The position numbers and the translations under genes are program-made. This document shows, in pieces, positions 30,229 to 40,232 of a DNA stretch of 41,348 nt (the first letter of the stretch is position 1; every line of letters starts with the position of its first letter). The notes under the pieces are model-generated. The model saw only the letters and a list, made by a program, of their open reading frames with translations. It did no database searches and was not told the DNA's origin. The DNA is from a virus: IMG/VR virus record IMGVR_UViG_2622736425_000001; one strand, written 5' to 3'.

Positions 30229-30600
30229 ATGACTGATAGGAGCGCAGAAATCAGCAAAATCAACGATGAAAACCAAGAAGAAGATGAGGAACTCTTCAAT
30301 TCACTGGATGAAATAATTTCCCAAAACATAGATGAAATAGATGGTGTTGTGATTTCCTTTCCAGAGAAAATTAACTCAAAAAATGGCATCGCCCATACTG
30401 CAAGAGCCTTCATGTGGATTTGTGATTTGGCCTTAAAATCTATCCTTGATGAGAAATACTCCCAACCTGTTTGGATTTTAATGAACAACTTATGAGACTA
30501 TTCTAATAAATGCTATTATGATAAAGAATTAGATTTAGTAATGGATTCAGCTTATAAAAAAGTATACGAGGGAAAAATTGAAACGAACAAAACAACATAG
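30229..30600 (+). pseudogene. Hypothetical protein with an in-frame TGA at 30493-30495
   Basis: The frame continues DYSNKCYYDKELDLVMDSAYKKVYEG... to TAG at 30598-30600. Confidence 0.4.
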
Positions 30601-32406
30601 ATTGATGCATCAGCAAAAGCCATACTTATGAAAAATGCTCCTAAAAATTGGTCTCTTGCTGAGCCTAGTGAAGATTATGGTAATGATTATTTCGTGAAAG
30701 TTTTTGATAAAGATACTGATGAAGCCACAAAAATCTCATTTATAATCCAACTAAAAGGTACTGAAGATTATAAAAAAGATGAAAAACATGTGAAATTCTC
30801 AATTCGCACGGATTATTTGAAATATTACTACAGTAAAGTTGACATGCCCGTGTTTTTAGTTGTTGTAGATACAATTAATGAAGAATATTGTTGGTTATTT
30901 GTTCAGAAATACATTAATGAAGAGTTAAATGTTGAAAAACCAAATTGGCATTCGCAAGAAACTGTTACATTATATATTCCAATTGAAAATGATTTTTCAA
31001 ATCCCAAAATTATAGAACAAACAGCAGAGAAAGGTTCTCAATATTGTAACATTCTAGTAAATGGAACACCCACACAGGAACTTATATGGAAAGTGAAAAA
31101 TATTATTGACAATCCTTTAGAGAAATCTAAGGATTTAAAAAAGCAATATTCAGAGATATTTAATGCTGAGACAAAAGTTGGATTTGAATTTATTCATAAC
31201 CAAAATAATCCTCAAAATGCAAAAAAACACTTCCGATCAGTTTATGATAAAACAAAAGATGATAATGATTATGTATTAGCCCATTTAAACTCAATTATTG
31301 GATTAACACCGTTTCTTGATTGTCAAAATAAAATTGAAGCAGAAAAATTATTTGAATACATTAAAGAAGGAGAAACATTATCTAAAAAAAATAACATTAA
31401 ATATCTAGAACATTATTTTTATGGTCTCAGATTAGAGAAACTTTGTTTTATTTTACAAAGTCAACTTCGAGATTTGTTAGTAACCCAAAAAATATCTAAT
31501 CTAGGAAAAACAATATTATCCTTTGTTGTTGACCCCGAAACTACTGAAGGTATAAAAGAAATTTTTGAAATACTCCATAAATTATATGCAGATTTTTGTA
31601 AAAATTTGATTGAAACACTGGATGATAAAGACTTGTTTATATTTTTAGAGTTATTGAGAATGCTGATTGGAATGCAACTACATCATATAGAAGCTGTTTT
31701 TACATCAACTGATGATAATACAAAAAAAGCATTATTTAACCAAATGGATCAATTACTTTCTATTTTTAGAGATTTAATTAATTTTACATCCGAATTTGAT
31801 ATTTTTAGGTATGATTTATTATCATTTGAAACCACATACTTGTATTTGATTGGAGATAAACAGTATAATGAAACTGTTGATGAATATATTAATTTTGCAA
31901 AAGAAAATAAGTCACAATATCACCTCAAAAGAGCAGAATCATTAAAAGAAAAATTATCCAAACCATTGAATAGGCAAAAAGACATTAGTGAAATGTCGGA
32001 TGAAGAAATTCATGATTTATTTAAAACATTGATATTAATTATTGAAAAAATCGATATTGATGTTGATGAGACTGATGAAGCAATGGTTTTAAGATGTGCA
32101 GTTAGAGATCTTAATCCAAAAAGAGTACTGGACAATTGCAAACACCTTGAGCTACATTATGGTCATGGTGGACAATATGCTAAATTTTTCGGATTGGCTT
32201 CTGATGGACTCAAAACAATTTATTGTGAACATGGAGGAATTATTACAAATAGGAATTTAGATAATACTTATGAAGAATTTTATAATAAATATTGTAAAGA
32301 ATGTGAACATAAAATTAAACAGGACTTTAAATGGAATCCTGACAAATTATCTTATGTAAAATCAAAGAAATTTAAAGAAATATTAGATAAAAATCCATTC
32401 ATTTAA
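30578..32406 (+). CDS. DUF4365 (PD-(D/E)XK-like) protein with a helical body and Cys-rich C-terminus; probable 1-bp frameshift near 30600
   Basis: W......EDYGND...FIIQLKGT is the DUF4365 pattern. TTG at 30578 with a GAGGG RBS gives MKRTKQH, which needs one extra base to join IDASAKAILMKNAP. Confidence 0.7.
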
Positions 32407-32433
32407 TAATAAAAAATACTAGGGGAAATTTTT

Positions 32434-32781
32434 ATGACAAATATTGAAATTAATGCAGAAACCAAAAATAAACTAGAAGCAATCGGGAAAATATTATCTC
32501 CATACCTAGATATCGGTTATGATGATTTTGATGAAATTATTGGTATTTTAATAAATAATTTCAATAATCATAAATTAAAAGCAGAGTATGATGAGAAAGA
32601 AAATATAATTAAAATTGGATATGAAAATTCAAAAATATATTCAATCCCTATTTTGATATTCGAGCTTAAAAAAGGTTGCTATGAAAAAATTGGTATTTGG
32701 ATGCAAAAAAATAACTTTATTCCAGAAATCAACACCGATGTTACGGAATATATCAAAAAATGTGAGGATACATTTTTATAA
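32434..32781 (+). CDS. Hypothetical protein
   Basis: ORF with a GGGG RBS in the cargo block. Confidence 0.6.
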   Translation: MTNIEINAETKNKLEAIGKILSPYLDIGYDDFDEIIGILINNFNNHKLKAEYDEKENIIKIGYENSKIYSIPILIFELKKGCYEKIGIWMQKNNFIPEINTDVTEYIKKCEDTFL

Positions 32782-32883
32782 TTAATTAATACAAACAAAT
32801 ACAGTTTATAATATCAATTGATAATATAGATTAAGAGAAGCTTTAAAAGTTATTGGAAATTATAATAATATGGAGGATCGAAT

Positions 32884-33540
32884 ATGAAAGGATATGTTGG
32901 ACCTGAATTTAAAAAAGACGCATTTAATTGCCCATACTGCGAAGTTTATGCTCATCAAAAGTGGAGATATCGTTTAATGATATTTAATTCTAACGGTGAG
33001 CATCCTGCAGATCCCATATATGACCAATTAGGAGTCAGGGGTTGGTCCACATCAAAATGCGACCATTGCGGCGAAATCTCATTTTGGCATGATGAACAAT
33101 TAATTTATCCAAAATCATCAATCGCACCATTACCTAATGATGATATGCCTAATGATGTTAAAGAAGATTATATTGAAGCAAGAAATATTGTCAATGATTC
33201 ACCAAGAGGGGCTTGTGCACTTTTAAGATTAGCATTACAGAAATTAATGCCTCACTTAGGAGAGTCGGGAAAAAATTTAAATGAAGATATTGGAAATTTA
33301 GTTAAAAAAGGAATTTCCAGTGAAGTTCAAAAAGCATTCGATTCAGTTAGAGTCATTGGAAACAATGCTGTTCATCCTGGAGAATTAGACTTGAAAGATG
33401 ATGTTCAAACAGCAATTTCATTATTTCGTTTAATCAATTACATTGTTGACAATCAAATTAGCTCAAAAAAAGAAATTGATGGAATATTTGAAGGTCTTCC
33501 TCAAATAAATATTGAAGCAATTAAAAGAAGAGATAAATAA
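32884..33540 (+). CDS. Zinc-ribbon + DUF4145 (HEPN superfamily) protein
   Basis: CPYC...CDHC; EA.......SP.GACALLRLALQKL; RVIGNNAVHPG. Confidence 0.85.
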   Translation: MKGYVGPEFKKDAFNCPYCEVYAHQKWRYRLMIFNSNGEHPADPIYDQLGVRGWSTSKCDHCGEISFWHDEQLIYPKSSIAPLPNDDMPNDVKEDYIEARNIVNDSPRGACALLRLALQKLMPHLGESGKNLNEDIGNLVKKGISSEVQKAFDSVRVIGNNAVHPGELDLKDDVQTAISLFRLINYIVDNQISSKKEIDGIFEGLPQINIEAIKRRDK

Positions 33541-33547
33541 AATTTGA

Positions 33548-34543
33548 ATGAATATTATGGAATATAAATTAAAAAAATATTTTATACATGATGTTTTAAC
33601 TCCTTGGATGCATTTAGAAGATATCTATCTTAACGAAAATCATCCTGCTCATGAAGATTTAAAATATGATTTAGATGCTATAAAAGAACAAGAAGTTCTA
33701 ACATATTACAAAAAACATGAAGAACGAATAAATTTTTTGAATCGGAAAATAAAAAACAAAATAATCTATTCAAAAATATTACTATTTGGAGAATTGCTTG
33801 CTAACTCAATATTTGAAGATAGATTAGAGGCATTGTTAAAAAATGAGCCCTATGATAGAAAAGAGTTTGAAAACTTTTATGATAAAGAAAATTTAATTAA
33901 AGTGGATAAATTTTCAAAAGTTTATGATTCGATAATTATTAACGGAAATAGATATGGATTATGTTTACCTATTAATGCTTTTAATTCATCTTATTGGATT
34001 TCACAAGAACTGAATAAACTTAATTTAGATGATGTTGATTTAAAAATTCGTGTCGATCCCTTTTTAAAAAATTTTTCATTAATTTGTCAAAAAAGTACTG
34101 TATTTTCAAAGCCATTGAACTGGAATAAAATTCGAGATTTAAAAACTGTTGATAAAGGCCAATTTAGAAATTATAAAACTGGGGAATTAACTGAATATAT
34201 GTGGAAACCTAGAAAAAATAATAGAGTAGTATTTACTTGTGAAGAATTACCTTCAGAAGATTTAATAAATTTAAGAGGGAGTCGATATTTCCATGCAATT
34301 TTTGAAAAAGATAGTGGGAGATTTATACATTGCGATGGATCAATAAAAATTTATAATAAAAATTCATTTAAAAAAAGATGCAAATACACAATTAATAACA
34401 ACGAAATAAATGATATTGGAAAAGAAGTGAAAATCTTTCGTGTAGATAAAAATATACCAAAAGAAATGTTCATGTCACTAATAAACAGTTATTTTTATTG
34501 GAATTATGATTTAATAGATTATTTTCTGAAAAAAACTATTTAA
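33548..34543 (+). CDS. Conserved-looking hypothetical protein
   Basis: 331-aa ORF with RYFHAIF...HCDGSIKIY; family not identified. Confidence 0.65.
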   Translation: MNIMEYKLKKYFIHDVLTPWMHLEDIYLNENHPAHEDLKYDLDAIKEQEVLTYYKKHEERINFLNRKIKNKIIYSKILLFGELLANSIFEDRLEALLKNEPYDRKEFENFYDKENLIKVDKFSKVYDSIIINGNRYGLCLPINAFNSSYWISQELNKLNLDDVDLKIRVDPFLKNFSLICQKSTVFSKPLNWNKIRDLKTVDKGQFRNYKTGELTEYMWKPRKNNRVVFTCEELPSEDLINLRGSRYFHAIFEKDSGRFIHCDGSIKIYNKNSFKKRCKYTINNNEINDIGKEVKIFRVDKNIPKEMFMSLINSYFYWNYDLIDYFLKKTI

Positions 34544-34563
34544 CTGATTATATGAAAGATTTT

Positions 34564-34980
34564 TTATTTACAAGCTATTGTCCAATATTGTTTTTTTAAT
34601 ATTTTTAATATATTCTTTTCTCTAATTCTTAATTCATGAATTATTGTTTCTGTGTCAGTTATCTCTTTAGATATAACATTAAAATTCAATCCGACCTGTA
34701 CATCATCTGGTTTTAATATAGATTCGCCTCTTGCATTCTTTTTTGGTACTCTTTTTAATCTTCCGTCAATAGCTACTATTTCAGTATATCTTCCCTGTTG
34801 AATTTCAGATAGAATTCTGAAGTAGTCTCTTTTTCTTTGATTTAGACTTTCTAATATTTTCAACTCATAAGATATCTGTTGATTTAATTGTTTGAGTTTT
34901 TGATTTAATGGTATCCAAAATTCGCATGTGTTTTTGTTTTTGCAGATTTCATGATTTGGATAACAGCCACATCTAAACAT
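34564..34980 (-). CDS. Viral hypothetical protein (Cys-rich N-terminus, coiled coils)
   Basis: Last gene of the leftward early block, downstream of the iterons. Confidence 0.6.
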   Translation of the reverse strand: MFRCGCYPNHEICKNKNTCEFWIPLNQKLKQLNQQISYELKILESLNQRKRDYFRILSEIQQGRYTEIVAIDGRLKRVPKKNARGESILKPDDVQVGLNFNVISKEITDTETIIHELRIREKNILKILKKQYWTIACK

Positions 34981-35000
34981 ATTTATCAGCTCGCTTCCAA

Positions 35001-35254
35001 AGTAACCCAGTAACCTGGTAACTTATCAAAATAAGGTAACTTGGTAACCCAGTAACTTAGCAAACACAAGTATTTTTCACTACTATAGGCCCCCTCCCCG
35101 GGGGTGTCAGGTTACCTCAGAATGTTAAAAAATTAAATGAATTTTAATAGCTTTAATCAAAAAATAAACTGTTTAAAATCCTTTAAATTTTTTTGGTGAG
35201 GTAACTTGGGTCTCAGGTTACCTCAAGTTACCAAAAGTTACCTCACAAGTTACT
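35001..35254. repeat. Iteron array, probable replication origin
   Basis: About 12 GTAAC/GTTAC units. Six GTAAC lie at 35002-35057, facing mostly GTTAC copies at 35111-35254, with a GC-rich CCCCTCCCCGGGGG core and an AT-rich spacer between. It lies directly downstream of the helicase gene. Confidence 0.78.
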
Positions 35255-37271
35255 TTATTTATTGACCTCCTTTTCACTTAAGTTGGGATATAGGAATGTT
35301 AAAAACTTATCAAACCTAACAACCATAACTTTTGTAGATTTAGGTATTTTAACGGATTTGTATTCCCAACCTAACAATTCAGCAATTCCCTTCACATCAT
35401 AGCACACTTCATTAGCATTCTTCAATGCCTTTTTAAGTCCGCTTGTAAAGCAGACATAGTCAAGACCATCACGGCCATGATGCAGCACCATATAAGGAAC
35501 TAGGCGCTCATTGATAATGTTAAAGACACGTTCATAGAAGTCATTTGAGTCTTTAACAGAATCTGTGAAATAGTCGTGATATTTTATCGGATATCCGTCT
35601 TCTGCCGAATAGACCTTAATGCTTTTGTTGTGCTTGTTAATCTCGTCAATGAAAAACATTCTCAGATATTCTATTTCTTCATCGTCCAGATCTTCAGGGG
35701 TTACTGATTCGGCAAATGTCAACAGCCAATCAGGACATTCACGTTCACATTGGGCATATGCTCTTTTAATCAGTTGATTGCTTAGTTCCTGCCAAGGCAG
35801 TCTCAACAATTCTATATCCTCGTTAATTTCATTCACCACAAAGTCCGCAAGATACTTCAAATGATGAAACAGACAATCTTTGGGAGAGTCCATTTGGAAA
35901 TGCTCCATAAATTCCCTTTTCTCATCATCTGTTTTTTTCTCACTGTGAGTATACATTAGCTGAACAAATCTTCTTGTCAAACCTTCGACATTGGGCAACG
36001 GGCTGTTGGATGTAAAAGACAAGGTAGATAAGGCAAGGATAATAGCTAAGTTCCTTCCTTCATATCTGCGTCTTGCATTTGTTCTTTCCACACATGTTTT
36101 CAATGTCTCCGTGCAGCTTTTGCAATTGAACACGCCAACAGGTTCATTGATGATTAATCCGAATGTGGATTTGGATATTTGAGCACCGATTCTTGGAATG
36201 GTATCGAATTCAGATCCTCCAATATCAGTTTCGCTATCAGGTTCGCCGTAAAAGTATGCTCCAATACGGGCAAGGGTAGTCTTACCGCTTCCGCCCTTTC
36301 CGAAATGGAATATATATATGGAATTAAGTTTTCCAACGGCAATCCCATCTGCTTTTTGGCAAATCCGAAAGGAACTATCATTGCATGCTTTAGGGTTGTT
36401 GCCAGCTTTCCTTCCTGACCGATGAAATAATTTCTCAAGTCCTCAATCAAGTCCAATGCATTATTCATTTTGTTAATGTCGGCTTCTCTTAATTCAAATT
36501 CAACTATTGTCAGGCTTTTGCTTTCATCGTTATAGTAGAAACCAGGAGTTTCTATTTCGTTTTTGATTATTGCCAAATTGTTTTCAATAGCTATTGAATC
36601 AAGCCGGGAACAACATCTTTGGATTGGTAACGTGATAGGACATAACCGTGTTCAATGAGATAATGTTCAATTTCAACGATGTTCATATCTTTGGTATGGA
36701 AATGCCCTCCATCTGTTGTTCTCCATTCGATGCTGAAGGTTATTCCGGCTTCACTTATCGGATTGTCATGTATTGTAATCCGCATGGGATAGCAGAACAG
36801 TACTCTGGTGTAATCGGCCACTTCATTTCCTTTTTTCCATTCGATTGTCTGTGTAGTGACTTCATTGTTCCTGTAGTCCATAACGATATATTTGTTGGAG
36901 CCAGTTTGGAGTTTGTAAATCTTATTGGTATCATATGGTATGATTGCCCTATTCAATTCACGCCCTACCAAAATGCTGGTCTTTTTATCATATTTATCTG
37001 AAATGAATCTTTCAATGCCTTTTATCCCACTGTTTGGATTTTCATCACCCAAATAAATGTCTTCGAAGAGTTTGATGATTTCATCTAATGTTTTCTCATG
37101 AGAAGGAAGTTGGTTGTATAATTCAGTAAGAATTTTTTCTACAACTTCTGGGTCGGTACCCTGCAAATAGAAAGCACTGATTATGTTTTTAAAGTATGTA
37201 AACTCATAATCTGGTTTATAGACATTACCGATAGCTTTTTTGATTTGTATGGCTGAACTTCCTTCACTCAT
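35255..37271 (-). pseudogene. Replication protein with a P-loop helicase domain (about 672 aa), split by two frameshifts
   Basis: A 1-bp deletion near 36590 joins PGLIQ to IAIENNLAIIK. A shift in the (AT)5 run at 36310-36319 reveals FHFGKGGSGKTT (Walker A, 36278-36301) and LIINE, which run into 35255-36133. Confidence 0.82.
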
Positions 37272-37280
37272 TTTAATTAC

Positions 37281-37781
37281 CTATACCTGAACGTCCCTCA
37301 CAATGAAACTGTAGAATGTGTATGTTCCTGATCTTTCTTTGACTTGAATTGTCATTTCACTTAATCTGTTTACGAATTCACGATATTCGGAAAGATCAAC
37401 ATTTCTTAGAATATTGGATTTGCCAACTGAACCTGCATTTTCCAATTCAAGAATACTGGTTAAAAAATCAAATAATACGCTTCCTTTCCTGACGTTTTTG
37501 TGGATATCTCCATCATTTTTAAGATTAACATTGATTTCAACATATATTTTGTCTGCATCCTGAAAGATGTATAATTTGAATCTGTTCACTGTTTTTTCTT
37601 CGCCATCATCGTCAAAGGTAAATGATGAAACTGAAGCCATTTCTGGTCTGCCTCTTATTAGGGTTCCATCTTCAAAGTCTTTTAATTCTGCTTTTTCATA
37701 TCCTTCCGGAATTTCTACAATTTCTTCATAATCCAATTGTGTACCTGTAAATATTGTTTGTTTGCTGTTTTCAAAGCTCAT
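37281..37781 (-). CDS. Acidic beta-rich early protein, possibly ssDNA-binding
   Basis: Lies between the annealase and the helicase. GGAG RBS. Function is inferred from position only. Confidence 0.4.
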   Translation of the reverse strand: MSFENSKQTIFTGTQLDYEEIVEIPEGYEKAELKDFEDGTLIRGRPEMASVSSFTFDDDGEEKTVNRFKLYIFQDADKIYVEINVNLKNDGDIHKNVRKGSVLFDFLTSILELENAGSVGKSNILRNVDLSEYREFVNRLSEMTIQVKERSGTYTFYSFIVRDVQV

Positions 37782-37814
37782 TTTAATTCTCTCCTAAAAA
37801 TATTAAAAGAGGAA

Positions 37815-38372
37815 CTAGCTATTGTCCTCTTTTAGAAATTTTGATTGTCCTGCAATCTTTTCAGCTGACATTTCTTCTGCTGACACTTCTCCTGCTCCAA
37901 TGAGTTCAGCTATTGCACGGTTTGTAGCACGTGTCTTTGCAGTTGACATTATGGTATGGTCTGAAACTTTGTCCTTTCCTTTCTCGGACCTTGAGCATAA
38001 TGCATCTGATTCAACGCTGCGGCCATTTGGAAGTGATGCTCTAACGCAGTAATATGCTTCTCTGACTCTTCCCATTTTTGTTCTTTCAATGTCACGGTCC
38101 ACTATTTCGGTATCGACATTGAATGCACGGGAGAGTTTCTGCCATGCTGACTTTTTCTTGAAGTGTCTTTTCACTTTAACGTAGTTTCCGTTTTCATCTT
38201 TTTCCTTAACAATTATTTCCTGATAGTCATTGTCATTCAATAATCCTTTGCATAGTCTCTGATATGCGTCCCATTGCTCAATTGCAACATCAACATCAGG
38301 GACGGTATCGACTTTGACTATTTCTGTTTCCTGTGGATTTTCTATTAATTCGGCTTTTACCATTCTTATCAC
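37815..38372 (-). CDS. Rad52/Sak-like single-strand annealing protein
   Basis: KKSAWQKLSRAFN...A.TRATNRAI.ELIG.GEVSAEE. Confidence 0.6.
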   Translation of the reverse strand: MIRMVKAELIENPQETEIVKVDTVPDVDVAIEQWDAYQRLCKGLLNDNDYQEIIVKEKDENGNYVKVKRHFKKKSAWQKLSRAFNVDTEIVDRDIERTKMGRVREAYYCVRASLPNGRSVESDALCSRSEKGKDKVSDHTIMSTAKTRATNRAIAELIGAGEVSAEEMSAEKIAGQSKFLKEDNS

Positions 38373-38375
38373 CTT

Positions 38376-38510
38376 TTATAATGTTCCAAAGCTTGAGATT
38401 GTTATTCCAAACCATCCGATAGCTATGGCAAATATTATGCTTCCAATCCAAATCACTTTTGGATTCAACTTCATTTCTTTTTTCGGATATAATCTTGCTG
38501 GTTTGCTCAT
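38376..38510 (-). CDS. 44-aa single-TM protein (MSKPARLYPKKEMKLNPKVIWIGSIIFAIAIGWFG...), absent from the ORF track
   Basis: Translated by hand; fills the gap in the tightly packed early operon. Confidence 0.6.
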   Translation of the reverse strand: MSKPARLYPKKEMKLNPKVIWIGSIIFAIAIGWFGITISSFGTL

Positions 38511-38761
38511 CTGTATGACTTCCTTATGATGCGAATTTCACTGATGAAGTTCAGGTTGATTATTTGGATTGTTCCGTTTTTCCTGTGGATTGCTATTGTG
38601 TTTTCGTTCAGCAAATGGAACTCATCTGATTTTGAAAGCAGAAAATGAATGCCTTCATTTGCATAGTGAAAACCGATGCAGTATCCGTCAGTAAGTTTTT
38701 GCTGCATTTCAAGAAGTGTACTTTCCATTTCAGTCACTCCTTTTTTTCCTGAATCCGACAA
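38507..38761 (-). CDS. Small early protein, possibly Sm-like fold
   Basis: C-terminal IQIINLNFISEIRI resembles the Sm2/Hfq strand. Confidence 0.5.
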   Translation of the reverse strand: MSDSGKKGVTEMESTLLEMQQKLTDGYCIGFHYANEGIHFLLSKSDEFHLLNENTIAIHRKNGTIQIINLNFISEIRIIRKSYR

Positions 38762-39038
38762 TGAAAGCCTCTCCTCTTATGAACTTGATGAGTCCGATAT
38801 CTCCCGCTTTTGCATATTGAATCAGTGCCAATAGCTTGGTATGGATTAGTGTCTGGTATGCCTTTTTGCCGCCGTCCACCAATACGATACCGTCATCGTC
38901 AATGTAGAGGATTTCCTGTTCAACATCACCTTTGGCAACTTTGATCTCACCGCTGTGGGTAAGGATGCCGTGGTAGTTGTCTTCGAACTGATTATGTTCG
39001 ATTCCGCAATCTGGCAAATAGCTGTCCATTCTATTCAC
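38730..39038 (-). CDS. Viral hypothetical protein
   Basis: Overlapping member of the early operon. Confidence 0.6.
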   Translation of the reverse strand: MNRMDSYLPDCGIEHNQFEDNYHGILTHSGEIKVAKGDVEQEILYIDDDGIVLVDGGKKAYQTLIHTKLLALIQYAKAGDIGLIKFIRGEAFIVGFRKKRSD

Positions 39039-39135
39039 CTTTATTCAAATGTTCATTGAACATTGCCATTATATCGTCCCATATATCTTTTGGGACTAAG
39101 ACATGTGTTTTCCCGTTTACTTCTTGTTCTAACAT
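39031..39135 (-). CDS. 34-aa protein (MLEQEVNGKTHVLVPKDIWDDIMAMFNEHLNKGE), absent from the ORF track
   Basis: GGAG RBS upstream; its stop abuts the next gene. Confidence 0.55.
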   Translation of the reverse strand: MLEQEVNGKTHVLVPKDIWDDIMAMFNEHLNKGE

Positions 39136-39179
39136 GATTTTAGACTCCTGTTATAATTTTTAGTTCATCGTCTCTGGTG

Positions 39180-39404
39180 TTAATCAAGTTTCATTATCTT
39201 GATTTTGTATGACTGGAAGAATTCCCTTTCATTGCGTATGTTTTCAGTTTCCTGAATTTCTGCAATGACTTCTTCAAGTGCCCTGAAGTTATTGAAAATT
39301 ATTATTTCATTCATCCTAGGTTTTATTACTTCACACATTGTTTTTCTTCTCCTATGTTTTCCCATCATTATGTGGGTGTAAATGATCAACAATCTAAAAT
39401 TCAA
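39180..39404 (-). CDS. Small early protein (probable start MCEVIKPRM...)
   Basis: GGAG RBS before the internal ATG. First gene of the leftward operon. Confidence 0.55.
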   Translation of the reverse strand: MNFRLLIIYTHIMMGKHRRRKTMCEVIKPRMNEIIIFNNFRALEEVIAEIQETENIRNEREFFQSYKIKIMKLD

Positions 39405-39786
39405 TAGGAGTCAGAAGTCTTTGAAAATAAAAATAGTACGTGGTTAAAAATAGTTTTCAATTCTTTACCGAATATTTAGTACAAGATAAACACTGCTTTT
39501 TTAATTTACAAATGTTTATATATTCCTTAAAATAAACTAGAAATTGGGTTAAGTTTTGAAAAGTATTAATTTTTAACATTGTTTCGCGACGTGTCTAATT
39601 ATTTTTATTTTTCTTACCTGACCCCTTAGGATTATAATTAAAAATAATATTTATTAGCTCGTTATTCAAATAAAATTATTTTTTTATAATCCTTTTTTAA
39701 TAATCTTTTTTTTCTGTTATTTTCTTGATATTTTACCTCCAGATATTGATTTTCAGCCCTCACAAAAGAAAAGTTGTACGAGTGTG

Positions 39787-39821
39787 AAAAATTGTTCTCA
39801 CTCATAAAAATTGTTCTCACT
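39787..39821. repeat. 16-bp tandem direct repeat AAAAATTGTTCTCACT x2 (19-bp period)
   Basis: Exact copies at 39787-39802 and 39806-39821, in the long non-coding gap between the integrase and the early operon. Confidence 0.8.
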
Positions 39822-40232
39822 TCGTAATGGCTAATCATAGTCTGTTATTTTGTGTATATAAACATTTTGTTTTCTATTTTTGGCTTAATCGTTCATTTAT
39901 TACAATGTTATACTTGAAGATAAGGCATGTGTTTTTCCAAAATTCTCTAAACATTGAATCAAGATTGACAGTCAGAAAATATCAAATGTATAAAATCATA
40001 ATTGCAATTTGTCATTGAAATTTGATGATGGTTTCAACCAATTGCACTGATTTAAAATTATTTCTCAAAATCACTTTTATATCATAAGTTATTGTTAATA
40101 TGCTTTATATAATCAAAAATAGTTATTTAATTTTCAGTTAATAATAAAAATAGCATAATAATGTTTTTATGCTGTTTAGGAAAAAATAAGAAAAGATAGT
40201 GGAAAGTATAATTTCCACCAAATTCAATAAAG

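Noticed and set aside
30114-30488. 124-aa minus-strand ORF, plus other short antisense ORFs in the track (e.g. 187-384, 4589-4777, 11035-11439, 28251-28595, 36648-37001)
   Set aside because: These are shadow frames of better-supported genes, with Ser/Leu/Phe-rich composition typical of reverse-read coding DNA.
35001-35254. Repeats as a CRISPR array
   Set aside because: Units are only 5-8 bp, occur in both orientations and have no unique spacers. No cas genes are present.
3700-37825. Recurrent (A)ATAGCTATT palindromes as integron-like cassette sites
   Set aside because: Copies are short and degenerate, one lies inside a coding region (36586), and they do not consistently bracket cargo blocks.
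39827-40018. 63-aa plus-strand ORF in the integrase-proximal gap
   Set aside because: No RBS, no recognisable motif and atypical composition. The region is more likely regulatory.
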